64,000 nucleotides of DNA from Podarcis pityusensis (taxonomy: Eukaryota). The translations under genes and the position numbers were made by a program. Shown piece by piece: positions 60,863 to 64,000 of this stretch. Positions within the stretch are counted from its first letter, which is position 1, and the number at the start of each line of letters is the position of its first letter. The stretch is taken from the NCBI GenBank assembly GCA_964106645.2, contig OZ067049.1. The stretch is one strand, 5' to 3'. The notes below the pieces were generated by a model that saw nothing but the letters and a program-made list of their open reading frames with translations, was not told the origin of the DNA and did not search any database.

Positions 60863-61715
60863 TAATAATAATAATAATAATAATAATAAACAACTTTTAT
60901 TTATATCCCGCCCTCCCCGGCCGAAGTCGGGCTCAGGGCGGCTAACACCACATATATAACATTAGTATAAACTCAAGCAATAATTAAATTACCTCCTAAA
61001 AACAGGTCAAAATCAAATTAAAGTCTAATTAGATGGCTTTCCGCAGGGTTAGGGTTGGGAACAGTAAGTGCTCATCGGCCCAACTGTTTACGCTGATCTT
61101 ATATGGGCCTGTGAGAATGCTGGGAGGCCTCTTTCATATTAGTTCTTATACTAAAAGAAAAAGGGAGTCAGGCTGAGCCCTGACAAAAGGCCTAGCAGAA
61201 CAACTCCATCTTGCAGGTGGAACAAATCTATCTTGCAAGCCCTGCAGAAAGATGTCAAATCCCGCAGGGCCCTGAACTCTTGTGGCAGAGTGTTCCACCA
61301 GGCCAGGGCCAAGGCTGAAAAGGCCCTGGCCATGGTTGAGGCCAGCCTAATCTCTCTGAGGCCCGGGATCTCCAAGGTGTTATTATTTGTAGACCATAAG
61401 GTCCTCCATGGGGCGTACCAGGAGAGTGGTCCCGTAGGTACGAGGGTCCTAGGCCATATAGGGCTGGAAAGGTTAAAAGCAGCACCTTAAACCTGATCCT
61501 GTACTCCACCAGGAGCCAGTGCAGCTGGTATAGCACCGGGTGAATGTGATCCAGTGGTGAAGACTCCATAAGACATTCTGCACCCACTGGAGTTTCTGGG
61601 TCAGTTTCAAGGGCGGCCCCACGTAGAGTGAGTTACAATAATCAAGCCTGGAGGTGACCGTCGCATGAAGCAAAGTGGTGAGATCAGGGCGGGAGAGGTA
61701 AGGGACCAATTGCAC
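60828..61715 (-). mobile_element. L2 family A LINE fragment with (AAT)n tail
   Basis: VTSRLDYCNSLYVG, HIHPVLYQLHWL, RIRFKVLLLTF and RAFSALALAWWNTLPQE motifs; same family as 965-1366. Confidence 0.88.
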
Positions 61716-61764
61716 ATATGAGCAAGTTAGCACAGAATCATGGCATGCATTCCTTGAAAAGGTG

Positions 61765-61799
<35 letters not shown>

Positions 61800-63915
61800 C
61801 AGGTCAGTCCCAGTTTAATCTACAAAGAGGATGGCAATGCAAATGACCCAGCCTGCTCTGGTCCTGCGGTCAAACCTTTCAGCCATAAAAACAGGTCGGA
61901 AACCAGCATTAAGTGTGTGCAGTGTGCATAGAGCACATGTGCTGCATGAGCACATAAAATACCCCCCCCCCAAAAAAAAACCACCACAAAATAAGGGCTC
62001 TACTTGCTATTTCATAATATAACAAAAATCCAGGCAGGGTTATTATTTATATATTTAGATTCTAAACAGAGATCTAGTTTATGCTACCGAATTCTGAGGA
62101 CTAAAAACAAATTAACCAACAAAATGTTTGGTGCTCCTTTATATAGATGAGGATGCATTCGCCCCCGCACCTTTTCTTTAGCATTACTCAAGTGGTCAGA
62201 CTCCTAAATTCTCTGTATTTCATTGCATGTGAGCATGCTTCATTGCAGCCTATAATGAAATGCTCAAATTTACAGGCACTACTAAGTGTGTCAGTCAAGC
62301 AGCACAATCTTTTTCTTTTTTTTTAAATAACCTTACAGAAAGTCAAGGTTCAAAAGGATTTATCAAAATGGAATTGCTTAAAATGAAATTTCAGTTCAGG
62401 CACTTAAAATATGAAGCCACATTAAAGAGAAGTCAAAAAAGAGAGGGGGGGAGAGAGAGAGGAGAGAGAAGGGGCTCATTAGAAATTCATCCCCTGCAAT
62501 GCCTTTCACTCCTGCAAGGTTGCCTTTTTACAGGAAGAAAAAAGTCCCCCGGGTAAAAAAATCAATACTAGTTAATAAAACATCAGGTGTGCAGACATAA
62601 CTAGGTATGACTATTCCACTGCGCAGGGCTGCCTGAATGCACCAGGTGCCATGACGATTAGTCATCCAATGCAGACAGCGAGTCCAGTGAAAATATGTTT
62701 TAGCATTGCAAGGAAAAAAATAATAATTCTGGAGGGAAATTAGTCTGAATATATGCCACTCTTCGGTACTCCAAACAAAGCCAAATTGTTCTAATCAAAA
62801 CGTACATCTATCATACAGGCTACGGTTTTATTTATCTTTCATAGGGTTGGATTTCTTTCTTTTTTTAAGGGATACACATGTACACACACAGACACCACCC
62901 TCAGTTTTTAGCCTCAGCATTGTAAGAGACCAATTCCTAAAAGACACCTAGACTTCAGCTTCTAACATTATTGATCCTACTCATAAATAGTGTAGTTTGC
63001 TAGAAAACCAAAAGTGCTCAGTTACTTAAAACAACTCTGCTGTTGTGTTGTTCTCTGTGACACTATAATTAGGGTAGAACTTGGACAGCTCCAAATATAG
63101 AAAATACTTATAGTGTTGCCCAATAAATTTACTTCTTCTTTTTTTCTTTTTAAAGGAAGCGTCATAGTTCCAGATGAAAATTGTCAGCTGTCAGATCACA
63201 GAAACTTTCAAAGATCAGTTTGGCTGAACCTTTGGTGATCCATAATCTCATTAAGCACTGGGCATTTCCTGTTACGAGGAACCTTTTATGACCCGGGGCA
63301 TGCTGTGCTTGTGCAACAAGGAATCTCTGCAAAATAACATAAAATCAGAATGGGAAGGGACCACGAAGGGTCATCTAGTCCAACCCCAGGTATTTTTTCC
63401 CTATTTTAAAAAGGAAGGAAACAGAAGTGGGAAGGGGTGGAGAAAGAGATGTGGGCTTTTGGATCGTATCCCTTTATGTCATTATTGTGTGAAGGGATGA
63501 AAAACAGTTTATTTCTTATTACAAGCAGAAAGGGAACTAGTCAAAGCTAAGTAGGCTTTAGATCTTTTCACACATAGAATTGTAGAATTACACGAGACGG
63601 CTATTTTATGTAACATATCCAAAACCTTAATATAGGAAGGATCAAAGTGTATTGGCCAAGGGTGTATAATTCTAATCTCAAGGTGAGGTGGGTACTTTAA
63701 AGGAGTTTGAGGCTTGCCCAAGTTGAACAAGGAGATGTATGATGCTATAGGCAAGAGAAAAACTTATATCCCTAAGCTTAAATCAAACTGTTCAACTAAA
63801 CTTATCCTGTCCAGGTAAGTAGACCAATCATCGGTTATTTGCAAAGGTAAACCCTGGAAGATTACCACTGTACCAACTTAGGGGGTATGTGACGTAAGTC
63901 AACATTGCATGTCCA

Positions 63916-64000
63916 AGGGACCCCTGACCGTTAGGTCCAGTCGCGGACGACTCTGGGGTTGCAGCATTCATCTCGCTTTACTGGCTTCCGGGTCATGTGG
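63916..64000 (-). mobile_element. Sauria SINE 3' part, internally deleted, cut by the window end
   Basis: gggacccctgaccgttaggtccagtcgcggacgactctggggttgcagc. Confidence 0.85.

Overview
Eukaryotic genomic DNA from a squamate reptile. The lacertid-type Sauria SINE and Tigger MITE suggest a lacertid lizard such as Podarcis, Lacerta or Zootoca. The whole window lies inside the VPS41 gene (HOPS tethering complex subunit) on the minus strand. I mapped 21 consecutive coding exons by hand, equivalent to human exons 4-24: 1954 nt, about aa 57-708, all introns GT-AG, reading frame continuous, no stops. Exons 1-3 were not found and should lie beyond position 64000; exons 25 onward should lie before position 1. 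The introns hold many transposable elements: Sauria SINEs, a Bov-B/RTE LINE, several L2-like and CR1 3' ends, Rex1/Babar and L1 fragments, Penelope-like elements, tRNA-derived SINEs, and Tigger, Tc2 and hAT MITEs. Many have clear target-site duplications (TSDs) and several are nested. The main leads are: (i) Penelope-derived minimal hammerhead-ribozyme motifs, one inside a near-perfect 78-bp hairpin; (ii) a CpG-rich element in intron 4 with the architecture of a frame-preserving 18-nt micro-exon, or an internal promoter; (iii) a tRNA-Asn/CR1-tail chimeric SINE; (iv) an OC1/nhAT1-like MITE and Bov-B, both from families known for horizontal transfer; (v) inverted SINE pairs flanking frame-symmetric exons; (vi) repeat-free blocks that may be long-range enhancers. 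No new protein-coding system is evident. Repeat family names and human comparisons are from memory and need database confirmation.
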